A stretch of DNA of 64,000 bases from Methanobacteriota archaeon (GTDB lineage: Archaea > Thermoplasmatota > Thermoplasmata > SG8-5 > JAGLSY01). The notes beneath the pieces are model-generated. The model had not been told where the DNA came from. It saw only the letters and a program-made list of their open reading frames with translations, and ran no database searches. Shown here in pieces: positions 29,374 to 38,807 of the stretch; the stretch's first letter is position 1; each line of letters starts with the position of its first letter. Location: NCBI GenBank assembly GCA_020697715.1, contig JAEHCO010000001.1:32001-96000 (forward strand), read 5' to 3'. The position numbers were made by a program, and so were the translations under genes.

Positions 29374-32300
29374 CCTGCATGATGCATATTCCGATCATGG
29401 TTGCCAGGATCAATGAGAAGATATTACTGAACTCGTCAATAATGATTATATCGACCGATGCCACATCACTATCCGGCAGAAGCATGTAGCCACTGGAAGT
29501 AGTGTAATTCAATAGTGCCCAATTATCAACAGGGCCAGCAAGTGGCGTCGCATTGACTGTCACATTGATGAATATCGCGTATGAGCCGGGCGCGATATTT
29601 GTGAAGTACCAGCTAATATCCTGACCCAGTATTGTCGAAGGAGCTGGAACCGCGCTGTCGAAGATAATTCCAGAGGGTAATGTGTCATTTATCCAGACAT
29701 TGCCCGCATTGGTCGAGCCAGTATTATTGTAGAAGATGGTGTACATGATGGTGTCATTGGCATAGGCGGTTGTGACATTGGCGGTCTTCTGGATATCTAT
29801 AACAGGCCGCTGGCAGGTGACATTGGCCCATGAGGTCTCGGTTCCCAGAGAGTATGTCAAAGTGGCGGAATTGGATAATAATTCCAGATCGGTCGCATTG
29901 GCATTCACCTGCACCTCGATGGTTATGAGATTCGTACTCTGTCTGGGAATCTGGGTGAAGGTCCAGCCAAGATCCTGGCCAACTATCGTCACGGGCAATG
30001 GATTGGCGACCACATAATCGACATTCGCTGGAAGTACATCATCTATCTGAACATTCCAGGCCTTTCCCAAACCTGTATTATTGTACCATATCTCGTAGGT
30101 TATCAGATCGCCTGGTTGGGCAGTGGTCACATTGGCTGTTTTGGATATGGACATATTGGGGAGTTTAGGTGCCAGTGGATCAATGGGGTCAGAAAGCTCT
30201 ATTTCTTCTAGCCCAGTCGATCGGGATGACCTTGCGGCCTCGGCATTGTGCCTGATACTATTGGTCTCATCCTCCATACCCAGCCAGTCTGACATTTCGA
30301 TGGCGATGGAGATATCAGATTGCCTGGATATTCCAAGAAGTCCAAGGGGCACGCCTACCTCAATCCGGGATAGATCATTGGCCCCGGATGCTTTGCCGAG
30401 ATATGTCCATGGAGTGCTCGCGGACATCTCCTCATATGAGTATATCTCGCTGGATAGTATCTTATTGTATTTGCCAGTTATAAGGATTAAATGGTCAGCT
30501 CCAAGCTGACCATTTAAATAATGGCCTGTTTCGATATCATCATCCGCGTCTATGTATATCAACAGATGATCCATACCTTTTCTCTCAATGTGCCTCACAG
30601 GGCCGATATAACGGCTTATGAACCTGCCAGAATAATTCGCATCATAGCTCTGGGGGATGGTGGTATTGAGCCAATTGTCAACACCTCCAGCATCGTGATC
30701 CACTACACCGTCGCCATCACGATCCCCATTAGAATTCGCATCATCGACACCGTCATTATTAAAATCATGAGCATATGAGCCATCAGGGCCATCCAGCACA
30801 TCCGGGACACCATCATTGTCCGAGTCCAAATTAGGAGAAGTCTGAGTGACATTTTGAGCCGATGGTGTTGATCTGATCCTCAGCACTGGTATTGCGGATC
30901 CTCCCATGGCCACCCCACCCACGGATGTGTAGATGTTCAGCTCATCATCCATATTCATGCGGTAATCCCTGATATCCACATTCCTGTTCAGGAACTTCAG
31001 CTTTGCAGGATCCTTTCCTGGAACTACCTGATCATTGGCCGCATCGATATTTGGAGGTGTCGATTGCCAGTCTCCAAATGCTCCATCTATCGTCGTACCA
31101 GATGGTTGGCCATAGTGTTTGAGAGATGGTGCACTTACTATCATGTCCAAGTTGACGGTGTCGATCATGCCCACATTCAAAGGCATGAGGCCGATGGTCT
31201 GGCCATTCTCTGTCCCGGTCAATGTGGATGAAAGAATAAGTTGAGTGATTTCAGACGGCGATAGTGGCATGGGGTCGAATAATTCCAAATGAAGGACCTG
31301 GCCGTCCACCTGCATCGAGGATAGGCCAACCACCTCGTCAATGACAGGTTCTATCAGGCCATTATCATTCATATCCTTGTATAATGTGAATTGTGAAAGA
31401 ATATCCGGACTGGATGTTCCCAATATACGGAAGTCGAGTGAGTCGATCTCCACCTCATCCTCATAGCATACGAGTTCGAAGGAGCAAGAGAGAACATCAT
31501 CTCTTGCCAGTATATCATTCGAAGGGTCAGTGATCGACCTTATAGACAGGGATGCGGTATTGGGGATCATTATGCCATCGGAAGTGTCTGTATTTCCTTC
31601 GGAATCACTTGTCATGACAAGGACTGATGGTGACTGGTCTGCCAGATCGCTCATGGCCGTTCTCAGTTCGATCTTATCTCCACTCACCTTACTGGATACC
31701 GAGGATATATACATGAACCCACTCCAGTCATCAGGATCATGATCATTATCGAATCTCAATAGTTCAGATGCTTCCACATGATTATCATAACCATGAACAT
31801 CTATCAGGACATCGGCGCCCAGATTGTCGATGGAATAGCCAGTGCGATTATTCCCATCTGCATCTAGGAAGATATAGATGGAATCCACACCACTGCCATT
31901 CGCACTACCACCTTCCATCATGGTCCCGTCAACTTGTAGGAAAATGTCAAGATATGGATGATCCAATGAAAATCTAGTATCTACCAGATCTATATCAGGG
32001 TTTATGACATCCGATACTTCATCGGCATAGGATGTGAACTTATTCCAGTCACTGAAAGCTCCGTCTATCGAGATATCTCGTGTGTCACCATTATTCATAT
32101 TCTCGGTGAATATCGGCACATAGAGTATCAAAGATATCACAATGACAATGGATAAAAAGCCGATCTTCCACCTACGTGCTTTTTGACGATTCCTTCTCAA
32201 TATAGCCATATCCTGCTTTCTCTCAACCAAGGAATCACCATTTATGAAACCATCGCCATTAACTATGCCAGAGCCGTTGACCAGGCCATTCGTTAACCCA

Positions 32301-34660
32301 TTGGTCAAGCCATTGGTACGACCTTGACCATTTGTGATTCCATTCGTCCTACCCTGCCCATTCGTTAACCCATTGGTACGGCCTTGACCATTGGTGAGAC
32401 CGTTCGTTCTTCCCATACCATTTGTAAGGCCGTTCGTCCTACCCTGGCCATTAGTTAATCCATGGGCACCACCTTGACCATTGGTCAAACCATTTGTCCT
32501 ACCTTGACCATTGGTAAAGCCTTGAGCATGACCGAATTTCCTTCTCATCTTTTCAGAAAGTTCAAGATCATTGGAATGGGATATCTTCTCGGCATCCACA
32601 TCGTATACCAGAGAATCCAATATGGACTCCAATTCTTCTTCCGTATAGTCCTCTTCTTGATCGTCCACACACTCATCCTGATCGATGACCTCGAATGACT
32701 GGTCATCATCATCGTCCTCATCATCTAAATCAAATTCAAGGGAATCAAGAAGATCCTGCATCTCTTCATCTGACTCGACCTCATCCATATCCGTATAGCC
32801 CAATTCCAATGGATCTTCAATTATCTCTCCATCTAAACCGAAAATAATGGGAGTTGGAGCAGTATCCGGCTCATCAGTCTCATCAAGATCAAGAACAAGA
32901 GATTCGAGAAGATCGTCCATGTCTTCATCTGGCTCATCTTCAAGGATTAGCTCGGGTTCATGTTCAATATCATCTTCAAACTCTTCACCCTCAAGATCCA
33001 GACCCAATTCTGCCAGGTCGTCCAATCCATCCAATTCCAATAAGAGCCAGTCCTCTTTGAATGCCTCATCAGAGCCCTGGTCAAGATCAGATATATCGTC
33101 ATCATCGTGCTCGACCACCTCGATCCTTTCCAGCTCTTCATCCTTCAATTCCAATAATTCCAGGGAGAACATCTCGTCCTCCAATTCAGCCATTTCAGAT
33201 CTGAGGATATCGTCCTTCATCATGCCCTTCTCTTCGATCTCCATCTGCTTACAGTTCGGGCATGAACTGGAATCTCCCATAACGAAGGTGCCGCAGGACT
33301 CGCAGACCGTGAACCCTATGGTTGGAACTGTCTCGAGAAGGTCTATTTCCTCTTCAGGGTCCTCATCCGGTTCATCCAGCTCCCTGGATAATACCTCATT
33401 CACTTCCTTGGACAGGACATTCACATCTCCGATCTCATCCTCCAGATCACCCAGGGAATTGATGATGGCCTCATCCAGCTTGAATTCCTTCATGTCTATG
33501 ACATCGTCACAGTTCGGACAGCTTTCTGCCCCACTGCCCAGGAATGCTCCACAGGATCCGCATATACCAATATCTAGATCCGGGGCGGTCTCAAGCCTAT
33601 CCACCTCTGGTTCATCCACCAGGTCCATTTCCAATATCTCATCGATCTCGGAAGATAGCATCTCGCCACATTTGGGACACGTGTCCACATCCCCCTCCAC
33701 AAATGTCCCGCAGGAACTGCACATTTGGAAATCGATCTCCGGTATCGTCTCAAGGAGATCGTCATGCTCATCTGCCAGTTCATTGCCCAATGCTTCTGCG
33801 GTGATATCTTGACTGAATATCTCACCACAGACCCCGCAATCCTCGGATATGGAGCTGATCAATGCACCACAACTCGAGCATCTGGATAATATCTCATCAG
33901 TTACATCATCCTCATCTTCCTCCACCGTGGTGTAACATATTGGACAGACCGCACTGTGCTCGTTCAGAAATGCTCCGCAGTTCCCACATAGGTAAAATTT
34001 GATATCAGCAGCATCTTCGCCAACTGAAAGCCCCAGGAAATTGATTATGTTCTCGATCGCGCCTTTCTCATCCAAGATAAGATCCGAGGTCGAAATACGA
34101 GTGCCAGTAATGGAGCCGACATCGACTGGCTGACCCAATTGAACATGCATCCGATTCACAATATCATGGTTCACGAAACTGGGAGAGATGACATGAACGG
34201 ACGTGATATCCTTATCCTGCATCTTGCTCATGTTCTTTCTCATGAAGTCCATCGCGGAATCAGGTCCGAAGATATCCGCCGATTGCTGAAGAATATCGGT
34301 TATGAACACGATATTTTCTCTTCCCTCGGTCATTTTCAGGGTCTTGTTCACGGCCATATTGACATTCAAAAGAGCCCTGGCGCAGAGTAATAGATTATTA
34401 TCTTCCTCAACCCCGATCACTTGAGATATCTGGTAGGAGAACCAGTCTATCACGAAGAGCTGGTCCTTTTCCCTCAGACCCTGCATCTCCGGACCCATGC
34501 TCTCCAGGACATCGATCAATTCCTTTCCCGAAGAAGTGGCCACAAGGGCGATGATGGTCTTACCCTCATCCACATATTTCTCAATAAGGTGGGCCATCGA
34601 CAGGTAGGTTTGTTCCTCCAGGGCCATAACGGCAAATGATTCGGCTTTTTCTCCGGGCAT
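29357..34660 (-). CDS. giant transmembrane protein: degenerate KaiC-like N-terminus, 5 zinc ribbons, acidic linker, NGLT repeats, TM, large ectodomain with DUF11-like domains
   Basis: VIDWFSY..IGVEED segment shared with 15137..16693; CxxCG(A/T) ribbons; TM WKIGFLSIVIVISLILYVPIF; two IDGAF(S/G)DW; two KTANVTTA...TY.I.YNNTG; C-terminal DEF + hydrophobic + basic tail. Confidence 0.85.
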   Translation of the reverse strand: MPGEKAESFAVMALEEQTYLSMAHLIEKYVDEGKTIIALVATSSGKELIDVLESMGPEMQGLREKDQLFVIDWFSYQISQVIGVEEDNNLLLCARALLNVNMAVNKTLKMTEGRENIVFITDILQQSADIFGPDSAMDFMRKNMSKMQDKDITSVHVISPSFVNHDIVNRMHVQLGQPVDVGSITGTRISTSDLILDEKGAIENIINFLGLSVGEDAADIKFYLCGNCGAFLNEHSAVCPICYTTVEEDEDDVTDEILSRCSSCGALISSISEDCGVCGEIFSQDITAEALGNELADEHDDLLETIPEIDFQMCSSCGTFVEGDVDTCPKCGEMLSSEIDEILEMDLVDEPEVDRLETAPDLDIGICGSCGAFLGSGAESCPNCDDVIDMKEFKLDEAIINSLGDLEDEIGDVNVLSKEVNEVLSRELDEPDEDPEEEIDLLETVPTIGFTVCESCGTFVMGDSSSCPNCKQMEIEEKGMMKDDILRSEMAELEDEMFSLELLELKDEELERIEVVEHDDDDISDLDQGSDEAFKEDWLLLELDGLDDLAELGLDLEGEEFEDDIEHEPELILEDEPDEDMDDLLESLVLDLDETDEPDTAPTPIIFGLDGEIIEDPLELGYTDMDEVESDEEMQDLLDSLEFDLDDEDDDDDQSFEVIDQDECVDDQEEDYTEEELESILDSLVYDVDAEKISHSNDLELSEKMRRKFGHAQGFTNGQGRTNGLTNGQGGAHGLTNGQGRTNGLTNGMGRTNGLTNGQGRTNGLTNGQGRTNGITNGQGRTNGLTNGLTNGLVNGSGIVNGDGFINGDSLVERKQDMAILRRNRQKARRWKIGFLSIVIVISLILYVPIFTENMNNGDTRDISIDGAFSDWNKFTSYADEVSDVINPDIDLVDTRFSLDHPYLDIFLQVDGTMMEGGSANGSGVDSIYIFLDADGNNRTGYSIDNLGADVLIDVHGYDNHVEASELLRFDNDHDPDDWSGFMYISSVSSKVSGDKIELRTAMSDLADQSPSVLVMTSDSEGNTDTSDGIMIPNTASLSIRSITDPSNDILARDDVLSCSFELVCYEDEVEIDSLDFRILGTSSPDILSQFTLYKDMNDNGLIEPVIDEVVGLSSMQVDGQVLHLELFDPMPLSPSEITQLILSSTLTGTENGQTIGLMPLNVGMIDTVNLDMIVSAPSLKHYGQPSGTTIDGAFGDWQSTPPNIDAANDQVVPGKDPAKLKFLNRNVDIRDYRMNMDDELNIYTSVGGVAMGGSAIPVLRIRSTPSAQNVTQTSPNLDSDNDGVPDVLDGPDGSYAHDFNNDGVDDANSNGDRDGDGVVDHDAGGVDNWLNTTIPQSYDANYSGRFISRYIGPVRHIERKGMDHLLIYIDADDDIETGHYLNGQLGADHLILITGKYNKILSSEIYSYEEMSASTPWTYLGKASGANDLSRIEVGVPLGLLGISRQSDISIAIEMSDWLGMEDETNSIRHNAEAARSSRSTGLEEIELSDPIDPLAPKLPNMSISKTANVTTAQPGDLITYEIWYNNTGLGKAWNVQIDDVLPANVDYVVANPLPVTIVGQDLGWTFTQIPRQSTNLITIEVQVNANATDLELLSNSATLTYSLGTETSWANVTCQRPVIDIQKTANVTTAYANDTIMYTIFYNNTGSTNAGNVWINDTLPSGIIFDSAVPAPSTILGQDISWYFTNIAPGSYAIFINVTVNATPLAGPVDNWALLNYTTSSGYMLLPDSDVASVDIIIIDEFSNIFSLILATMIGICIMQVRQRP
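32265..32525 (-). repeat. Gly/Asn/Thr repeat (TNGLTNGQGR)n within the coding region
   Basis: Repeated decapeptide units encoded with synonymously diverged codons. Confidence 0.85.
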
Positions 34661-34736
34661 TTTTTCTCCATTTTTTTATGATATTTGGATCATCAAATTA
34701 TGATTCTCATATCATCAAATTAAGATCCTAAGATCA

Positions 34737-35456
34737 TCAATAAATTGTCTCCTGGCTATCTATTTCGATCCCATCGCTCATGATGAGGAAGGGATGTTTG
34801 TACGGATCATGGCGGGCGAACCTCATCTTGTAGATCGTTATCGTGCGCCTGTACTCGCCCTCGACATTCTCATAATCCAGTACGATTATTGAATCTGAAA
34901 TGAACTGCTCGATGCCGAATCTTGTTTCCCCGCTCTTATTGGCCTCGGTTATCAACACGGTCGTCAGTTCATGGTCCTTCAGAATACGACAGAATCTGAA
35001 TAATTCCCTTCTGAACTCGTCGATATCACTGTAGTACAGGCCGACAGCGGAAATGGAATCTATGAGCAATCGCGTTGCTCCTGTTTCTTTCACCGTCTGG
35101 ATAATGAAATCCAGCAGATTTCTAAGACTGACTATTCCGAGATCCACATCCTCCGCCAGATCGATATCCTTCCTCATCTCGCCAAAATCCACAAGCTGGA
35201 TGTCATTAGAACCATGATATTCATCAAAGTCCATTCCAAAGGCCTTGGAAGCCCGTAGTAGATTCTCCCTGCTCTCCTCCAGGGTGATGAACAATCCCTT
35301 CTCCCCATGCTCAGTGAATCCCTTGAATATGAACTGCATTCCGAACAGTGTCTTTGCACTTCCAGCAGGTCCGGATATCAAGTTGATAGTTCGCTCGGGA
35401 AATCCCCCGCCTGCAAGTTCATCCAAACCGCTTATTCCTGTATTTATTATTGTCAT
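34737..35456 (-). CDS. KaiC/RAD55-family ATPase (single domain)
   Basis: TGISGLDEL.GGGFP, GPAGSAKT, ITLEE, LLIDS, GIEQFISD, IYKMR. Confidence 0.92.
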   Translation of the reverse strand: MTIINTGISGLDELAGGGFPERTINLISGPAGSAKTLFGMQFIFKGFTEHGEKGLFITLEESRENLLRASKAFGMDFDEYHGSNDIQLVDFGEMRKDIDLAEDVDLGIVSLRNLLDFIIQTVKETGATRLLIDSISAVGLYYSDIDEFRRELFRFCRILKDHELTTVLITEANKSGETRFGIEQFISDSIIVLDYENVEGEYRRTITIYKMRFARHDPYKHPFLIMSDGIEIDSQETIY

Positions 35457-36163
35457 TTTTCCACCTCTCTGTCTTTGATCGAATATTTTTCATTAATTAA
35501 TTTGTAAAGGGAGGAATTGGAGCCATCCCCATCTATTTTCATATCTTTAAAAGCCCTGGCCAGTGAGATGTTCACAAGGGATATCAGCGACGATCTGCCC
35601 AATGCATTTTCCTCGAGCTCAAGTACTCGAGCAATTATCTGCAAGTGATCCAAACCATCCATCTTATCAGATGAGCCAGGCGGTGTAATTGCCCCGCCTG
35701 GCTCATATGTGTCGATGCACGTTTCCAGATAATTCATCACATCATATTCCAGCTCCAGATCCTTCTTCCAGGATCCGAGAAGTGATCCCATGGTATTACC
35801 AGTGAACCTCATAAGACGCTGGGAGAATTCGCATAAGAAAACCATGGAAAGATGGAGATCATTATCCTTCTCCATCTCACCCTGGCTACCCAATGACCTA
35901 ATATCGATATCATAGAATATCCTGGAATTCTTTATATCATATTCCAGGGCGCTTCGTGTCTTGCCCTTTCTTGTTCTGGATTCCAGCACGCCTATGGACT
36001 CGAGGTCCTGTAAATGCTTAACTGCAGTTGCCACGTGCATGTCCAGACCATGAGATATCTCGGTAGCTGTTGACCAGCCGCGGTCAACAACTACCGAAAT
36101 AATGTCCAGCGACCTCTCCCTGCCCAATATGGAGAGGCTTGTTTGAAGTTCTTTCTTGTTCAT
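35453..36163 (-). CDS. ArsR-like winged-HTH transcriptional regulator
   Basis: TATEISHGLDMHVATAVKHLQDLESIGVL; overlaps the downstream KaiC-like gene. Confidence 0.8.
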   Translation of the reverse strand: MNKKELQTSLSILGRERSLDIISVVVDRGWSTATEISHGLDMHVATAVKHLQDLESIGVLESRTRKGKTRSALEYDIKNSRIFYDIDIRSLGSQGEMEKDNDLHLSMVFLCEFSQRLMRFTGNTMGSLLGSWKKDLELEYDVMNYLETCIDTYEPGGAITPPGSSDKMDGLDHLQIIARVLELEENALGRSSLISLVNISLARAFKDMKIDGDGSNSSLYKLINEKYSIKDREVEK

Positions 36164-36306
36164 ATTATCCCCTTCTTTTTCAGTTGCCAGTTTCTTATCG
36201 CGCTCAGATATTTCATTAAATATAAAGTATTAATAAGATATTATAGGCTATTTGAAGTATTATTAATAAAGGTTTGGGATAACTTTAGTTCGGTTGAAAT
36301 ATCTAG

Positions 36307-36570
36307 CAGCAAGACATTTGTATTCGAGCATGCCCCGTCTGGATAATTCATTGATAATTTAATAGGGCGGGGTACTATATTCGATGTGCTAGCGAGTGAC
36401 AGTTGCGATGTGCCAGTAGAAAGATAAACTCCTCGCTTTCGAACGCGAGGAGTCAAACCAAACCCTGCCCCGATCTATTTTGCGTTAAATGCGCAAAATA
36501 ATAGTTCGAGAAGCAAAGCAATTCGAACTATGAAGCAGGGGCGGGGTCCTTATCCACACCCAACATAGCA
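36307..36570 (+). ncRNA. structured dispersed non-coding element, family B copy 2
   Basis: Homologous to 10382..10637, with the 63-bp cassette in a different position. Confidence 0.6.
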
Positions 36571-36687
36571 TACAGTGCACCATGTGGATTGGTGAAATAT
36601 ACACCAGTTAATGATCCCTACGCCTGCCTGATGAAAGCTAACAAAACTGCAAAACCTTTAATTCACTTGAGTGTATTGGGCGCCTTA

Positions 36688-37068
36688 ATGGCTCAGACAA
36701 TAAGCAATATCGACAGGCTCTTGACCCACTTCAGGAAGAACACGGACAGAGTTATTTCCATGCAAGCCCTCTCTGAAAAGATCATGGTAGGCGAGGACGA
36801 ACTCCAGGATGATCTGAAAAAGATGGTCGGAGGGGAGATGGTTTACGAGATCGGAGAAGGAAGATACATGCTATCTAACAATTCCGAACTGGTAGCCTAT
36901 GAAATATTCCGAGACATAGCTCCGAATATATCATTCGAGGAATACGTCAAGTACAAGGATGAGGAGCATGTGTTGATGAGGATGTCCAGAGACAGGAATG
37001 TAGTCATGAGCTCCAATATCGAAACAGATGAAGTCGAGGTCAAAAGAAGGGGGAATCACCTTCGTTAA
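36688..37068 (+). CDS. hypothetical protein (possible N-terminal winged helix)
   Basis: ORF from MAQTISN; ISMQALSEKI...LKKMV..EMVYEIGEGRY pattern. Confidence 0.65.
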   Translation: MAQTISNIDRLLTHFRKNTDRVISMQALSEKIMVGEDELQDDLKKMVGGEMVYEIGEGRYMLSNNSELVAYEIFRDIAPNISFEEYVKYKDEEHVLMRMSRDRNVVMSSNIETDEVEVKRRGNHLR

Positions 37069-37369
37069 TCCCCGATACAAGGGCAATAGAAAAGAGTCCC
37101 GCACTCAGAAAAAGACCTACGTGCCTAAGAAGAAGAGGCTGAACCTCAGGAAGATCGAGGAGTTCAAGTTCGAAATGGCCGATGTCCTCGAAGGACTGGC
37201 TCCTAATCTCGAAGGTACGATAAAAGGTTCGATAATCGCCAAAGCGGATAAGATCGATATAAATGCCGCGATGGATTTCGTTCTGGAGAAAGAGAAAGAA
37301 GGACTTCTGAACGCGGACCAGGTGAAGAGACTGGGGCGTATTCTCAATCACTACAGTTTTTACAGGTAA
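37028..37369 (+). CDS. hypothetical protein with a basic N-terminus
   Basis: 113-aa ORF overlapping the previous gene; start uncertain. Confidence 0.65.
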   Translation: MKSRSKEGGITFVNPRYKGNRKESRTQKKTYVPKKKRLNLRKIEEFKFEMADVLEGLAPNLEGTIKGSIIAKADKIDINAAMDFVLEKEKEGLLNADQVKRLGRILNHYSFYR

Positions 37370-37469
37370 TAGGACCATTGTTGAAATTAAAGACTTCACA
37401 ACCTATTATTGAATCATTTAAGGCCCATGGGTTACTAGCAGTAAATATGTGGAAATATTCAAAGAGTAA

Positions 37470-37585
37470 GCGGTTGCCGTAAACCTATCAAAGTATCAGT
37501 AAATGAACGCAGAGTTTTTGACTCTGCGAATTGAGGTTTATGGCCTATTCTGGGAACTTTCAGGATCTTTAGAGCCTGATAGTTC
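37470..37585 (+). repeat. structured dispersed repeat, family A copy 3
   Basis: GCCGTAAACCT/AGGTTTATGGC stem, CGCAGAGT/ACTCTGCG hairpin, GAAC.TTCAGG...TGATAGTTC tail. Confidence 0.75.
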
Positions 37586-37617
37586 ACATGCAATGTTTTT
37601 AATTTACCATTCCTTAT

Positions 37618-38745
37618 GTGGTCGGGATGATCACGATATCTGGGTTGATATACAAGGATCGAAGGTTCGAAGAGGGGCACATTATTGTCTCCGATAATGG
37701 ATATGAGATCAAACCAGGCATAATGGAAGGAGCTGATCATAATGGTATCATAATTCCGAAGTTCATCAACTGCCACACACATATCGGTGACTCCGCGATA
37801 CCGCGACCTCCAAAAGGCACAGTGGAGGAGATCGTGGGGCCACCGGATGGCTACAAGCATCGGATGTTGAGACAGACCTCGGAAGAAGATATTGTCCAGG
37901 GCATGAGGAAAAGCATCAGGATAATGGAAAGCAATGGTATTGGCAGGTTCATTGATTTTAGAGAAGAAGGGATCAAAGGAACCAGACAGCTTTCCAAGTC
38001 CATGGAAGATGAGACATATTCGGATCATGATGGAAGGATAAAATGCGACATCTATGCCCGACCGGAAAATAATGTGTTCGACCAGGATGAGATTGATAAT
38101 TTATTGGAGGTATCGACCGGCCTGGGTATCAGCGCCATATCCGACTGGGACTATGATGAATTGAAGGCAGTGGGCGAGTATGTGGCGGGTGAAGGACAGA
38201 CTTTGGCACTGCATGCGAGCGAAAGATCAAGGGAGGATATTGACAAGATACTTGATCTGAAACCTAAGTTCTTAGTTCACATGATCCATGCGAGTGATGA
38301 TGATCTAGCCCTGTGTGCGGATGGAGGAATTCCCATCATCATATGCCCGCGATCCAATGCCTTCTTCGGTACGACCCCCCCGATCGAAAGGATGTTGGCA
38401 GCGGGGATCGACATATGCCTGGGAACTGATAATATGATGTTGGTGGAGCCAGACATGTTCGGGGAGATGGAATTTCTCCGGAATTCCATTTCCAATAATA
38501 CCAGCAATCACGGCATGGATCAAGGCATCGATCAAGGCATGGATTATACAGTGGGCGATGAGAAGTTATTAAATATCATGTTAGACAATAGTAGAAAAGT
38601 ATTAAATTCGAATCCAGATATAGGGGTCGAACCCTGGGGGCAGGATGGATTCATTGTAATAGACCGGCCAACTGAGAGACCAGCGAGCCAAGTGATCGGT
38701 TCTTCCCCAAAAGATATCCGCTTCATGTGGAGATCACAGAGTTAA
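37618..38745 (+). CDS. metal-dependent amidohydrolase (deaminase-like)
   Basis: NCHTHIGD, LHASE, VHMIH, ICPRSN, LGTDN. Confidence 0.9.
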   Translation: MVGMITISGLIYKDRRFEEGHIIVSDNGYEIKPGIMEGADHNGIIIPKFINCHTHIGDSAIPRPPKGTVEEIVGPPDGYKHRMLRQTSEEDIVQGMRKSIRIMESNGIGRFIDFREEGIKGTRQLSKSMEDETYSDHDGRIKCDIYARPENNVFDQDEIDNLLEVSTGLGISAISDWDYDELKAVGEYVAGEGQTLALHASERSREDIDKILDLKPKFLVHMIHASDDDLALCADGGIPIIICPRSNAFFGTTPPIERMLAAGIDICLGTDNMMLVEPDMFGEMEFLRNSISNNTSNHGMDQGIDQGMDYTVGDEKLLNIMLDNSRKVLNSNPDIGVEPWGQDGFIVIDRPTERPASQVIGSSPKDIRFMWRSQS

Positions 38746-38807
38746 GAGCCACAGATGATATTGTGGTATTCGAATGATCGAGATCCATACCAATTGGAGG
38801 TGAGGAA

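Noticed and set aside
32847-33812. 321-aa Ser-rich ORF and similar antisense ORFs
   Set aside because: Shadow frames of the Asp/Glu-rich genes on the opposite strand.
38513-38544. 12-bp micro-duplication (GMDQGIDQGMD) in the amidohydrolase
   Set aside because: A short in-frame slippage in a probable loop, with no evidence of function.
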